Counted from the stretch's first letter, positions 1-51,393 are shown. The stretch is 64,000 nt of DNA from Eledone cirrhosa (GCA_964016885.1 OZ024751.1:50716001-50780000), one strand, 5' to 3'. Program-made: numbers and translations. The notes: a model not told the origin generated them from the sequence alone.

Positions 1-649
1 GGTTTGATGTTACATGAAGTCTAGATAATAAATAGGAATAAAAACAAGTGTAAATAATTGTTTCTACTTTTGGCACAAGGCCAGCAATTACCCAGTGCAT
101 TACTGGTACTTTATTTTATCGACCCCATAAGGATGAAAGGCAAAGTCAACCTCGGCGGGATTTGAACTCAGATCGTAAAGAGACGTAACTATGCTGGAAA
201 GCATGGCGTCCGACCCTCTACCGATACTGCCGATCAGGGAAGATAACTAATTCTATGACTGGTGTATGTTATTTCCCCTGAAATAATGAAAATTATTGTA
301 AAGACTAACATGAACAAAAAACGATTTTTATTTTGTTTGTTTGGATGCAGTCATAGATCCGGGGCCATACAGGAACACTACATTTTAGTCCATTTTTAAT
401 CGATTATATTAACCACACAACTTTCTCTGGTACTTATTTTTCAAATAGTAGATTGGGAGAACAATCAGAACGTTAGCTATTTGAGTTCAAATGCGGCCGA
501 AGTCAAAATTTCATTTTATTCTTCAGTTCTCTATGAATTAAAGTACCAGATATGCACTGGATTTGCTTTAATATTTCTATAAATCAGCAAATATGTAATT
601 TGAAATATGATAGACAATGAGAATAAAAGTAAGCCAAAATGTTTCACAT

Positions 650-775
650 ATTCCCGGGGCGGTGTTGGTTACCTGTAAGAGCGAGCCCCGTGAGTTGGGG
701 TGGCTGTTCCAGTGCGTCACCCTCGCCATCCTTCAGGGCAACGTCTTTATTCTGTCTACAGAGACCACGAAATGG
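650..775 (+). mobile_element. CRE-like RLE C-terminal remnant
   Basis: Translates to RELGWLFQCVTLAILQGNVF and resembles 4410-4490. Confidence 0.6.
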
Positions 776-838
776 GTTAACCCTTAGACAGTGAGGATTT
801 ACTCTGACAGCAATGCTCAAATCAACATACACACACAT

Positions 839-895
<57 letters not shown>

Positions 896-1199
896 TAGCT
901 ACCCAGCTACATAGTGTGCCACCGTAGCTCCTTCGAATGAAAGTTCTAGTCCTGCAGAAGCCATTTCTATATTAAAAATTTATACTCTGCTACCCACGAT
1001 TGAACCCGGGATACACACACACAGACACACAAACACATATATATATATATATATATATATAGTAATAATAATAAATTTGAAGACTAAAATCAAAAGAGGG
1101 ATCGATAAGGATAAATATATATCAAATATATAAGAACCGTAGAGCCCCGTTAAGGGTGAAAGCAGCGATTCTTTGCTTAAACTTTAATCTGTTATTTTA

Positions 1200-1234
<35 letters not shown>

Positions 1235-1238
<4 letters not shown>

Positions 1239-1632
1239 TCTTAGTCCCTCCTGTCCCTTGTGGAACATTGGGCGACGAGCTTCCTCCACTTGATCCTGTC
1301 ATAGCGGCCCTTCTAGCACCTCTCCAGGTAATTCCCATCTCCCGCAGGTCCTCCCTGAATGTGCTCCACCATGTTTTTCGTGGTCTTCCCCGTCCTCTCC
1401 TGCCACCTTCTGGTACCCAATCCATGGCAATATGAGCAGGTCGATCTGCCGGCAAACGAAGGATGTGGCCCGCGAACCGCCGTCTCCTTTTCCGGACAAT
1501 GTCCCTTAACCTCTCCAATCCTGACCTCCTCATCACTTCCTCGGTGTTAACTTGGTCTCTCCATGAAATTTTCAATATGGTTCGAATGCAACGATGGTGG
1601 AATACATCATGCTTGTTACATAATATCAAGCT
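1235..1632 (-). mobile_element. 3' fragment of an RTE-type LINE within (TA)n
   Basis: FHHRCIRTILKISW...RFAGHILR...GRPRKTW C-terminal motifs. Confidence 0.85.
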
Positions 1633-1635
1633 TGT

Positions 1636-1666
<31 letters not shown>

Positions 1667-2247
1667 AGAGGGGGAGTCCTGCGTGGCTAAAAACATACAA
1701 ATGAATAAAAAATATGGACGAAGACGGGAAAATGAATGAATAGACAGTATCTCATCAGTTGACCGCTAAAGATACATTGTTTCGATGCTTTAAGGTCAAT
1801 ACATCTGGCTCTAGTGCACAAGGGACAGTAACACATGAACAAAGGACAAGACGCTAATCTTAACAACTATTTACAAATAATAGAACATTTGCTACTAACC
1901 TAATGATGTGCAACTGAAAAGATATTGGCGAGGCTTAACATATTGATTAACCAAGGGGAAGGGATAGAGAAGATGCAAACGGTAATAGAATTATTGTCAG
2001 TTTGTTTGGACATGAAGCCCTCAAAAGACGCACACAACTAGCAGAGAGGGAGAGAGAGTAAGTGAAGAAAGAAAGACAAATGCAGAGGTGTGAGGCTCGA
2101 GTGTAAGTCAGAGAGGGGTGGAGATAACGCACAAAAAAGGAAGAATCGATTTTTTTTTTTTACCTTCCCATATAAAACACATTTTAAATGAAATGGAATA
2201 ATCTTTACTATTTAATTTTGGCTTTTAAGGTTGTCTGTGTGCCTCTG

Positions 2248-2305
2248 ATATATAAGTAGTCGATACGTGGAGGAGACGACAGCCAGAAAGAAACAGAACG
2301 TGAGT
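2248..2305 (+). promoter_or_regulatory. Possible TATA box and short non-coding first exon of the plus-strand gene
   Basis: TATATAA near 2249 and a GTGAGT donor at 2300. The ATG exon is preceded by an acceptor (ccaatag|AAAATG) at 3776. Confidence 0.3.
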
Positions 2306-3226
2306 ATTAAAGACTAATGGTGTTCTCGTGCCGAATAATTATTGGAAACGTATACAAACATGGTTTAGGAAATCTAACCGAGTATTCTGTAGTATTTTAT
2401 TTTATAAATCTTTCTGTGAGTTGTATCGTTCTCGACTTTCTGCCTTTTGTAATTCTCACTTCTATTGTCTTTTACTGGTTTCAGTCAATGGACTAGAAAA
2501 AGGTGGGGATAGAATATGCTGACATTTCTACTTTTTATTTATTGTTATTTATCTTATAGTAGGGCGGTGGCTTAACAGTATCGGTAAAGGGTCGGACGCC
2601 ATCCTTTACAAGCATAGTTACGCCGCTTTACGGTCAGAGTTCAAATCCCCGCCGAAGTTAACTTTGCTTTCATCCTTACGGGGTCGATAAAATAAAGTAC
2701 CAGTAATGTACTTGGGTCGATTTAATCGATTCCCCCCCCCCCCCCCCCCAATTATTGGCCTTGTGCCTATACTAGAAATCATTAATCTTATACTTTATTC
2801 ATGCTCGGAAGAGCTACACGTGTGACACCCTTTTTCAAAGCCTATAATATTGGTAGTAAAGGAAATTATTCCCAGAACGGAGACTTGGTCCGAAAGTTTA
2901 CACGAGAGAGTGGACTCTCCATTAAAGGTTACCTAAGGGCAGCCATTTGATGGTGTTAAACCCACTGACAGATTGTTTCCTTTCTCTTTTTCTAATTGCA
3001 TCAAGTTATTTTTGCTGTCTGTTTTTTTCATAACATTAATTTGGAGTCGAAATACCACCAGGGTCACCCTTTGGCTTTCATCTTTCAATGAGTAGCTAAA
3101 TGAAGGTACCAGTTATCTACTGTTAATTACCTAAACCCATTTCTCCAGGTCTTTCGCCAGGCTTTGGTGTTCAGAAGGGCTTCAGAACATTTTGGGTGAA
3201 CACTAATTAGTCATGTATTTCAAACG

Positions 3227-3279
<53 letters not shown>

Positions 3280-3779
3280 ATTATATATATATATTATATA
3301 TATATAAATTTTATTTATTTATTTATGAGTGTGTAACTGCTTTTTAAGTCTGAGCACCATTGAGAATTAGGTAAGCGGTGCTATCTAGTGCCCCGCCCCC
3401 TTCCTTTAGCAACGTGTATGCAAATTGTGAACAATGTTCTTTGTTTCTTTCTTAATATGTCGGCGCCTTGATCAACAAATAGTTGAGTATGATGAAAATC
3501 ATTAAGATGTGACCACCCCCTTTTTTTTTTTTTTTTTTTTTGTACATCTAAGAGTAAATTTTCTAGTCTTCGTTTTTGTTTTTTTTTCTTTAAGACTGCG
3601 TGATTACTGTGGCATTGTGAAGGTGCCTGGCATAATGGTTAGGGTGCTAGGATCGTGAAGTTTAAGTTCGAATACGCAGTGTTCACTTGTTTCTTTTATT
3701 AAATTATACATGTTTTGATGTTGAATTTGGAATATATAATGATAGATTCTTTATACAATTTATATTTTACCAATAGAAA

Positions 3780-9321
<5,542 letters not shown>

Positions 9322-9445
9322 TCAGCAATACAAAATTATTCCCAACAAACTTAGTCTGTTAACAATATTAATACATACATATGTATATGTATGCTTTATT
9401 AATGTCCTTATTTGTTTCATCGCTACTTGAGTTAGCTTATTGTTG

Positions 9446-9451
9446 AATAAA
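9446..9451 (+). terminator. Candidate poly(A) signal of the plus-strand gene
   Basis: AATAAA about 125 nt after the stop, followed by T/GT-rich sequence. Confidence 0.55.
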
Positions 9452-10167
9452 GATTCTTTCAAAATGTTTATATTTGTTCAAATACTCTAGCAAAAGAGTG
9501 TTGTTGTTTTTTTTTGTTTTTTTGTTTTTTTTTTTTGTTTGTTTTTTTTTGGTTCAGTTTTTAACGGCCCTCTCGGGAATAAGTGGGTGAAGGAGGCACA
9601 AGTACAGCAATTCATCAGGAGGAAAGTAAACTATATTGACCCCAGTATTTTACTGGTGCTTTATTTTATCGACCCACCACCACGAAAGTTGACCTTGGAG
9701 ATATTTAAATTCAGAACACAAAGGATCACTAAATGCTGCAAAGCATTTTTGTCCAGTGTTATACAATTCTGCTAATCCATCAACAATAATAATGGTTTCT
9801 ATAGGCACAAGGCTTGCAATTATCTCAGTGTATTACTGGTGCTTTATTTTATCGACCCCGTAAGGATGAAAGATAAAGTTAACCTCAGCGGGACTTGAAC
9901 TCGGACCATAAAGGGCCGTAACTCTTTGCTGCAAAGCATGGCGTCCGGCGCTCTACCGATACTGCAAATCCACTGCCCAACAATTATAACGGTTTCTACT
10001 ATAAGCACATGACCAACAATTTTTGGGGAGTGGAAAGTTGATTAAATCGACTTTATTACGCTACTGGTGTTTTATTTTAACTCAAACGTTAGTAGTAATC
10101 CAAAGTTTGTGCTGAAGAATGTCTTTTGATTGGATAGACAGAAAGTTGCAAACACTGTGCATATGAG

Positions 10168-13100
10168 TATCGTCATCATCATCATCGTTTAACGTCCGTG
10201 TTCCACGCTTGCATGGGTTTGGACGGGGGTTTTCCCACTTGAGGCAAGAGTGGTTATCTTGCTCGCATAGGACTATCTGGCGGGTTTTCTACAGCTGGAT
10301 GCCCTTCCTAACACCAACCACATTCACAGTATGGGGCTGGGAGGTTTTTACCGTGTTGCCTACACGGCCACATTACAGCGTGGACTGTGTGTTTTTTTTT
10401 TTTGTTTTTTTTTTTTTTTTTACGTGACACCTACACGATCTCATTTGTTTCGGCCTGGATGTTGTGGCACCAACATAACTTTACATTGAAAGGGGCGGTG
10501 TGGATGGGGTGGTGGGACGCGGGTGTATTTTGTTAGAGATGCCTACTGACTGTAGTAGGTTTTACTTTGTATTTAGGTAAGGCGAGTCTTCTCTATTACT
10601 GAGTACCGCCAAAGGTCTCGGTCCAGTGACATTGTCTTGGTGAGGTGTAAGTGTGTGAGGTCGGAATTTATCAGCTCGTCCCAGGTTTTTCTGGGTCTGC
10701 CTATTCCGTGGCTACCGTCTATCTTTATTGCCCTGCACTTTGTTATACAGCTATCGTCCTTCATGCGCATCACGTGACCATACCAACGTAGCCTTCTCTC
10801 GAGTAAACATCTGATCCCTCTTATTTCTAATTTTTTCCTTAGTTCGTTTACGCTTTGCCGTTCACGTATATTACTATTACACATCCAGCGGAGCATGCAA
10901 GCTTCGTTTCTCTCTAGTCTGCGTATATCCTCTGCACACAATGCCCAGGTCTCACTGCCATGCAACATTGATGTTCGTATGCAGGCATCGTACAACCTGC
11001 CTTTCATTTTTAGGGAGAACCCTTTAGCGGCTAATAGTGGTATAAGCTCTCTGAACTTTTTCCATCCAGTTCTGACTCTAGCTACTGTACTTTCAGAGCA
11101 CCCTCCCCCACTGCTGATGTCACCCAGGTAACGGAAGCTGTCCACTATTTCTATAGAACCGTCTGCGCAGTTGAAAGAGCTAGTATTTTGTGGGCACTTG
11201 CTGCTACTTATTGCCCCAGAGCACCGGCCACATGTAAAATCTATGTTCTTAGTTAGCTTACCTGTGATCCCACTACATCTTTCATGCACCCATACTTTGC
11301 ATTTGGGACACAAAATGGAGTTTCTACCTACGCCTTTCCTACACACTGAGCATGGCCACTTCCCGGAGGGGAACGCCGCCTTATTTTCTTTCTTACAAAC
11401 TAGAACTTTAGTCTTAGCCAGGTTAATTTTAAGGCCTTTTGATTCTAGGCCGTGCTTCCATGTTTGGAATTTCTTCTCTAGCTCGGCCATTGATTCAGCT
11501 ATGAGCGTTAGATCATCTGCGTATAGGAGTTCCCATGGGCAGCCGGTCTTGAACTCCACTGTTATAGCCTGAAGGGCAATAATAAATAGTAGGGGGCTAA
11601 GAACAGAGCCCTGATGAACACCAACTTTTACGCTAAACTCTTCACTATATTCGTTGTTAATTCTAACCTTACTGACTGTTTCTTTATACATGGCTTGTAT
11701 AGCTCTCACAAGCCATTCATCAACACCTAGTTTTCTAAGAGCCCACCAGATAATGGAACGGGGGACTCTGCCGAAGGCTTTCTCCAAGTCGACAAAAGCT
11801 AAGTATAGGGGTTTACTTTTAGCTAGGTACTTCTCCTGTAGTTGTCGTACAATGAAAAGAGCGTCTGTGGTACTTTTGCCTGACACAAACCCGAACTGCA
11901 TTTCATCTAGGTCAATTCTCTCTCTGATTAGTTGCGCTATTACTTTTTCCGTGACCTTCATGACCTGGTCGATTAATTTAATGCCTCTATAGTTACTCCT
12001 ATCTAGGGCATCTCCTTTACCCTTATAACAGTTAACGATGATGCTGCTACGCCAGTCCTTCGGAACAACCCCATTCTGTATGACTTGGTTGACTATCCGG
12101 GTGACCATCGTGTGTCCCACCGTGCCAGATGCCTTCAGCATCCCGGCAACTATTTCCGAAGGCCCAGCCGCCTTACCCGTCTTCATATCTTTGATTGCCT
12201 TACTTATTATACTACCCTCGACTAACACTGCTGGTCCCTCTATTGGGTCGATATGGGGGAGACTGTCTTTCTCCCATTTATTCTCCTCATTTAGTAGCCT
12301 TTCGTAGTGACACTTCCAAGCTATCTTCTTATCAGCGTCGGTGATGGCAAGTACGCCGTCATCATTAAGTACACACTTCTCCCCGACAATATCACGGTTT
12401 TCCTTGACACATTGCCTAGCAATCCTGAACACCTCACGTTTTTGGTCCTCGCGTTGTAGAACATGCTTGAACTTTCTTTCCTCTGCTTCCCTTCTTGCGA
12501 AGTACACTTGTCTCCTAGCTTCCCTCCTGGCCACTTGATAGTCTTCTCTGCTTCCCCCATCCCGCCATACGTTCCTCTACCTTGTACGACTCTAATTGCT
12601 CTTCCTTACTATCGAAAGCATCAAGTAGTATATTTTTGAATTTATTTCTGGCTGTGGGGTCCTTTAGCTTCCATATTTTTCTCCTGAGGATAGTCCTCTT
12701 CTGTTGTCTAGTACGTCTCGTCCTGACTATTAGGTCGCTAATTATCAGTCTATGTTGGGAGGTGCATTCTTCATGGGGGAGGGATTTAGTGTTTACAACA
12801 GACACTCTGTCACGTCTTCTGGTAAGGATATAATCTACCTGGCTTGTGTGTTCCCCCGATCTATAGGTGATCAGGTGATTGTCACGTTTTTTGAAGTTAG
12901 TGTTACAGATAGTTAGGTTATTTGCGTCACAGAATTCCAGGATTCTGGAGCCTTCCTCATTTTTAGTACCAAACCCATAGCCTCCATGGATTTCGTCGTA
13001 GCCGTCACAATGTTGTCCAACGTGACCATTTAGGTCGCCTGCAATAATTATATAGTCACTGTCGGTTATTTGGGAGGTAGTGAGCATCAGTGTCTCATAG

Positions 13101-13585
13101 AATCTGTCTTTTATAGTGCTGGGCAGTCCGGATTGGGGTGCGTACGCAGATATTACTGTCACCGTCGTTCTACTGAGGACAAGTCTTATTTTAATTATTC
13201 TGTCGTTAACTCTATTTACGTCTATTATCTTATCTGCCCACTTTTCTGCTACCATGATTCCTACTCCACCCAGCGCATTGTCACTTCCCACCCAGAAAAG
13301 CTTATAGCATCGTTTTCTACCCACAATGAATCTAGCAGACCCACCCCTCCACCTGGTCTCTTGAATACAACAAACATCGACCTCCTTACGTTCAAGCGTT
13401 TCTACAACCTCGTTAGAGCGACCCTTTAAGGTGCCTACATTCATGGTACCAAATCTGAAGTTTTGGATTGCGTTTGGGGGGTTGGAGCGGGGGGAGATGG
13501 GGTTATGTTAGCCATCCGCGGCCGAAACAAAGAGGAATGCTCGCATTCTCGTCCACGAGGTGTATTTGTCTTTATCTTTGGCATT
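10168..13585 (-). mobile_element. RTE-type LINE, copy 1 (APE + RT with PHD insert), 5'-truncated and disrupted
   Basis: APE ORF 13444-12515 (NVGTL, IQETRW, GDLNGH, SQHR). RT ORF 12534-10573 (QGSVLSPLLF, YADD). About 140 bp deleted at 12570 relative to copy 2. 3'UTR ends in (GAT)n. Confidence 0.95.
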
Positions 13586-14134
13586 GATATATACATATGT
13601 GCATATATATATATAGAGAGAGAACGATTTTTTTTTTTTTTTTTTTTTAAAGTATGTTTAGGAAGCTGTATGATGCAAGTAAATTATAGAATGATAAAGA
13701 GAATTGAGAGATGAGGTAGAAAGCAAAAAAACGGGAGGAAAATCCATTATCAAGTGTCCATGGGGGAGACTTTAGAGAAATCAGAGATTGTCTTCATTCT
13801 TTTCCATTTATTTCCCTTCTCCTTATACCTTTTGCCTTCTATTTCACCTTACAATTTTTTCGACTTGTTGCCTTAGTCCTTCTATAACCCACTTTCATTG
13901 TACAGCTTTCTAAACATACTAACGTTTCACTTTCGTGTAAGTGTATGCAGAAGTTTCTAGAAAATAAAGTACCATTTTGAATTTGTTTAAACTAAGTGCT
14001 TTCAAAACTGAAATCTGTTTTGATCTGTATAGTTCTGTAATAGAATTTCATAGATAAAATGTATGTATATATAATATAATATATATATATATATATATAA
14101 TGTATATATAATATATATATATATATATATAATG

Positions 14135-14173
<39 letters not shown>

Positions 14174-15032
14174 GTATATATAATATATATATATATATAT
14201 ATAATGTATATATAATATATATATATATATATATAATGTATATATAATATATATATATATATATATAATATATACATTTTATATATATATAATATATATA
14301 TATATAATATAATATATATATTTTATATATATATAATTTAAATTATATAAATTATATATTTATATTAATTATATTATATTATATATATTATATTATATAT
14401 ATATTATATGTATTATATATATATAATATATAATATATATTATATATATATTATATATATATTATATATATTATATTATATATATATATATATATATTAT
14501 TGAGTTCTTAGCACGTGGCCAGAATTCCTTTCAGAGTTCATTGTCACGCGCATGTATTGTTTTTTTTTTTTGTTTTTTTTTGGCGGTAATTCACTTTTAG
14601 AGCACTTCTTTCAGAACTGCTGGACTGGCTACCTGACAGATACCTCAGGCAAAGAAAGTGATTATCGCTAAATGCTGATGTTGGTTAGATTATCAATCAA
14701 TATTAGTATTATTGGGGCACCCACTGATGAATTACAGGAGCCCACTTGAATATATATCTATTGATGGTATACAAGCTCCTACATAAATTGGTATAATTTC
14801 ACCCAAATTGTAGGAGTCCTATAATGAAACGAGACGTCCGTCTGGGAAGAGATATATTAGATATGTCTCATTTGAAATAATACAGCCAATTTTCCACGCA
14901 ATACTTTTAGTTAGCACCCCAAACACATAATTGGGAATATAATCACTTATTTCCTAATGTGTGTCACACACAGAAACAAAATGGCGTAGGATAGAAGAAA
15001 GGAAAGGCACAGAAACAAAGAAAGGAATCCCC

Positions 15033-15077
15033 AGTCACTGAAGAGGTCACAGAGTGTGTGATGAAAGGACTATGACT
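15033..15077 (+). ncRNA. Hammerhead ribozyme candidate
   Basis: agtca CUGAAGA g gtcaca/tgtgat GAAA ggac UA tgact. Confidence 0.6.
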
Positions 15078-17049
15078 AAATATAAACAACTATCTGGTTG
15101 TGGAACCAACCAACCAACCAGAAATTTATGAGTTTGTAAATTTATAAATTTATAAATATATAATAAATTGAAGTGAAAGCAACTGGTGCGTGTGTTTCTT
15201 ATTGGCAACATGACCCTCCCAAAGTATAACAATATATATATATAATTATATATATATATATAATATATATATAATTATATATGTATATATGTATATGTAG
15301 ATGTATGTATATGTATGTATGTATATGTATATGTATATATATATATATATAATATAATGTATATACATTATGTATATGTGTATATACATAAAAGATATGT
15401 AAATAATCAATTTAAAATATAGATATACTTATGCCAAATAAGACCTAAGACAATTCTTAATTTAATTTACAAAAATAAATATAATTTTATGAATAATTAT
15501 ATTGATGGAATATCAGATATATATCTGTGCGTGTAGTTGAGCTTCGATAGTCACCAGTATCAAGTTTTTAGTCATCTACACTAGTATTGCAAGACACCCC
15601 CACCCAATTTTCATACATCTGCACACTAAAGTATATACTTATTAAATACTCTTACATTAAATTGTATGTTTATCAAATGGTTGTGTGCAAATTTTTGTGT
15701 ATTCGTATGAGATTCTGTAAATATTTTATGGATATATATGTATATAGTGTGTGTATGTGTGTGTATATATATACAATCTGTTATTTTAATAAATATTTGC
15801 TCTATGGTTCTTATATATTTGATATATATTTATCCTTATCGAGCCCTCTTTGGATTTTAGTCTTCAAATTTATTATTATCATCATCATCATCATCACCGT
15901 TTTACGTCCGTTCTTCCACACTAGCATGGGTTAGACGGGTTGTCCTGTTGTGGGCAGTGTCTGGTCGGCTGACCATGCCTTGCTCATACAGGAACTGATT
16001 TGGCTTGATTTCTACAGCTGGATGCCCTTCCTAACACCAACCTCATTTACAGTGAGTGCTGGGTGCTTTTTCGTGGCGTCTACACGTCCACTTTATAGTG
16101 TGGGCTGGGTGCTTTTCTTGCCGTGGCACCTCCACGACCCCCTTGCAGTGGGGGCATATTGTCTATATGCTTCAGCTTGTACCCATGGGAGGTCGGGTAC
16201 TCTGTATTATTACTATATATATAGTGAGAGAAATAGAAGCTAAGCCATGACATTGACTAATATAGTCTGATTGTTTCTACTTTTGGCACAAGGCCAGAAA
16301 TTATCGCAGTGCATTACTGGTACTTTATTTTATTGGCCCCATGAGGATGAAAGGTAAAGCTAACCTGAGCAGGATTTGAACTCAGAACATAAAGGACCAT
16401 AACTCTGTGTTGCAAAGCATGGTGTCTGACGCTCTACTGATACTGTCAATCCACCAATGTTGGGGTATATAAACCCACTGAACCGAAAAAATATAGGTAT
16501 CGGCACTTCACCATTCTGTGGGTTTATACGCCCCGTTATTAGACTATATTATTTAGTTTGGCAGTATCAGTTGAGGGTCAGACGCTATGCTTTGCAGATA
16601 GAGTTACGCCCATTTATGATCTGAGTTCAAATCCTGCCGAGATTAGCCTTGCCGTTCATCCTTACAGGGTCGGTAAAATAAAGTACCAGTAATGCATTGG
16701 GTAATTGCTGGCCTTGTGCCTAAAGTAGAAACAATTATTTAGCTAATGTTACGGCATAGTTTCTACTTCAATTCTTCCAGTATATATATATATATATATA
16801 CACATATATATATATATACATGTTCTGTATAGCAAGTATGAATGCGAATGTTTTAAACAGGTTAACCATTTTATTTGGGGAGAAATTTAGGGGGTTTTTT
16901 GTGTGTTTTGAAGAAATTTGATCCTCAAAACCATTGGAGTGTGTACGTTAGTGTCTGTATGAATACCATCTACAATGAAGAAGATGAGTAAAATATATCT
17001 GTAATATTCTTTTGCTGTTGAGACGTTTTTTTGTGTGTAGTTAAAAGTT

Positions 17050-17055
17050 TTTATT
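17050..17055 (-). terminator. Candidate poly(A) signal of PAL
   Basis: AATAAA on the minus strand about 185 nt after the stop codon. Confidence 0.45.
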
Positions 17056-17238
17056 ATTTCACTGCCCTAACGATTCAATCCTTACCACTCCGCTCTCTGC
17101 CGTTTCCCACACCTGATAAAATACAGGCAGAGATGGTAAGAAATATAATTAACATCTAATTAACAAACTAATTAGAAACTAAACTTAATCAGAGATTGTA
17201 TAGTATAACCGATAATAGTAAACAAAAAACAAATGTGC

Positions 17239-48642
<31,404 letters not shown>

Positions 48643-48783
48643 TGTGTCGTCGTAACACTAATTCTGTGATTCTGTGGTTCTGTGGTTCTGTGGTTCTGTA
48701 GTTCTGTCGGTTTTGTGACACAACACTACTAAACTAAACTGAATATATAATATAGAACAGAGAGAGAGAGTCTGTGTTGTTGC

Positions 48784-48815
<32 letters not shown>

Positions 48816-49536
48816 GAGTGGTGGGAGTGGTGTCGTCTCTTCTTTTTTTCTTCTTACACTGGAATCAACCTGAGAGAGAATGATAAAGATAGAGAGATCA
48901 AGAAATAGGGAGGCACTGACAGAGAGAGAAGGGAGAGAGAGAGATGGGGGGGGCAACAGAGAGAGAGAGGGGAGGGTATCGTAGGAGAGAGTGAGACAGT
49001 GATATGAGTGGAGGGGAGAGATAGAAAAACAGAGAGCGAATGAAAGAGCGAATAAGAGAGAGCGAATGAGAGTGATTCTGAAGTAATGGTACTGTATCGA
49101 GATGACAGGATGTTGGGAGGGTGATAATACCCGAGGGAGGGGGTATGTTCAACCTGAAGACGAACAGACAGACACGAAAGAAGCAGAAACGGTAACACAA
49201 ATCAAATGAAAGGCTGGCTAATGTTAGAAATCATTGTTGATTATTAATAATTAATATTATGTTGCTTCTGTCAATATTGATATCCATATGTATATCATTA
49301 TCGTGCTTTGGCATAATCGATAGAGTGTTAGACATTTCTACCGATTTTTTACCTTCTAAGTTCAAATCCGGCTGACATCAGCTTTACCTTTCCTCGTTCT
49401 GGGGTCACTAAAATAAAGTACCAGTAGAGTATTGGGGGGTATTAGTATTATTGTGGACTTTCCGCCCCCATGACTGGAATTGCTGGCCTTGTGCCTAATA
49501 GGAAAGAAGAACAACAACGTAGGAGTACACGTTACA

Positions 49537-49600
<64 letters not shown>

Positions 49601-49797
49601 AGGAGGTGAGTTTTATTGTAGTACAATAAAGCAATGCAGATATCGGATAAGAAGCACTCTACAGTTTGTAGGACTGGAGTATACATAATAATATATAAGA
49701 TCAAAAGATGAAAACACAAATATTATTGCATGATGATATTTGTTTTTGAAATGCGCATAATAAAATACATGGAACTCTTTTAACCATCTTTTGATCT

Positions 49798-49865
<68 letters not shown>

Positions 49866-49866
49866 G

Positions 49867-49945
<79 letters not shown>

Positions 49946-50345
49946 AAAAGTTCTATTTAAATTGTTGGGATACAAGAAGCAAATATTTTTATAACTGATA
50001 TAAAGCACTCAACAAATAATTGGAGTAAAAATACGATATTAACAAATGGAAACTATATTTATAAAACCATATTTATTTCATTATACATATTTCAAGGATA
50101 CCAAGTTAAATTATGGTGTGCTTTCATCAGATAAAATATAATATAGAGCAGTTTTATCCGGGAGCTTCCAACAGTAATGGTTGCATTCTTTAAGGGTATG
50201 TAAATATTTATTTATAAAACTGCTCTATATTATATTTTATCTGATGAAAGCACACCATAATTTAACTTGGTGTCCTTGAAATATGTATAATGAAATAAAT
50301 ATGGTTTTATAAATATAGTTTCCATTTGTTAATATCGTATATCTA
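49946..50345. mobile_element. Fold-back element family B with two inverted hammerheads; second copy at 52436-52850
   Basis: Inverted arms of about 125 bp (about 165 bp in copy 2), flanked by (TA)n. Confidence 0.85.
50233..50297 (+). ncRNA. Minimal type I hammerhead ribozyme, family B; also 52743-52807(+) and mirror copies on the minus strand
   Basis: tattttat CUGAUGA aagcacacca/tggtgtcctt GAAA UAUGUA UA atgaaata. Confidence 0.8.
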
Positions 50346-50421
50346 TATATTTAGGAAAATGTTAAGTATTGAGTACTCTGGTGCGTTATGGTCCACCTGG
50401 TTCCTTACCGCACTTCCTTCG

Positions 50422-50494
<73 letters not shown>

Positions 50495-50588
50495 AAACGA
50501 GTCAGGGCCCCGACGGCTGAGCTCCGGCCGTTTCGACAGTTAGATCCGTCGGGGTCCTGGCTCTTTTCCTATTACCCACTCTCCTACC

Positions 50589-51393
50589 GTGAAAAAGATA
50601 TCGGATGCTGAATTTGCCGACGACATAGTTTTGGTGACAAATACAGTGAAGGAGGCAGAGGATTTGATGCGGGAGGTTGAGAATGTGTCGATGAGTGTGG
50701 GGCTGAGAATGAATGAGACTAAAACAAAATATCTGGTAGAGAATGTTGAGAAGCCAGAGGGGATCACTAATGTAGGCGGGAAGCCGCTAGAATTGGTTGA
50801 GGACTTCCTGTATTTGGGAGCAAAGATTGGGAATACGGAAGATGATGTGGTTGAGAGGAAGAGCAAAGCCTGGGCGGCGTGCCACAGCTTGAGATCGTTG
50901 TGGAAGTCGGACCTTCGTAAAGACCTGAAAATCCGCCTCTTCATTGCTGTAGTGGAGCCTGTGCTGCTGTACGGGTCTGAGACTTGGACACTGACCAAGA
51001 AACTCACTCAGATGATGGATGGGTGCTACATGAGAATGCTGAGGATGGCTCTGAACATTAATCAATATACACTGAGGATGAAAAACTCAGAGCTGTATGG
51101 GAGCATCCCAAAAGTCAGCTCAAAAGTGACACAGAGGAGACTGAGGTTAGCTGGACATGCTCACCGACATCCAGAGTTGACATTGCACTCAGTGCTCATG
51201 TGGGAGCCCCTGCATGGACAGGAAGACCTGGACTGGAAGAGGAAGACCAAGGTTGACGTATGTTGATGCCCTAAGGACAGACACTGGTCTGTTGGAGACG
51301 CAGGGCATGGCACGATAATGAGGGACAGAGACCGCTGGAGAGAACTCGTCCATGGATCTCGGGAATTTTACCCGCCCTAGAATAGAATAGAAT
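50589..51393 (+). mobile_element. 3' part of an RTE-type LINE; shorter pieces at 51560-51700 and 58148-58292
   Basis: FADDIVL, FLYLG, LLYGSETW, RRLRLAGH and a (TAGAA)n tail. Confidence 0.9.
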
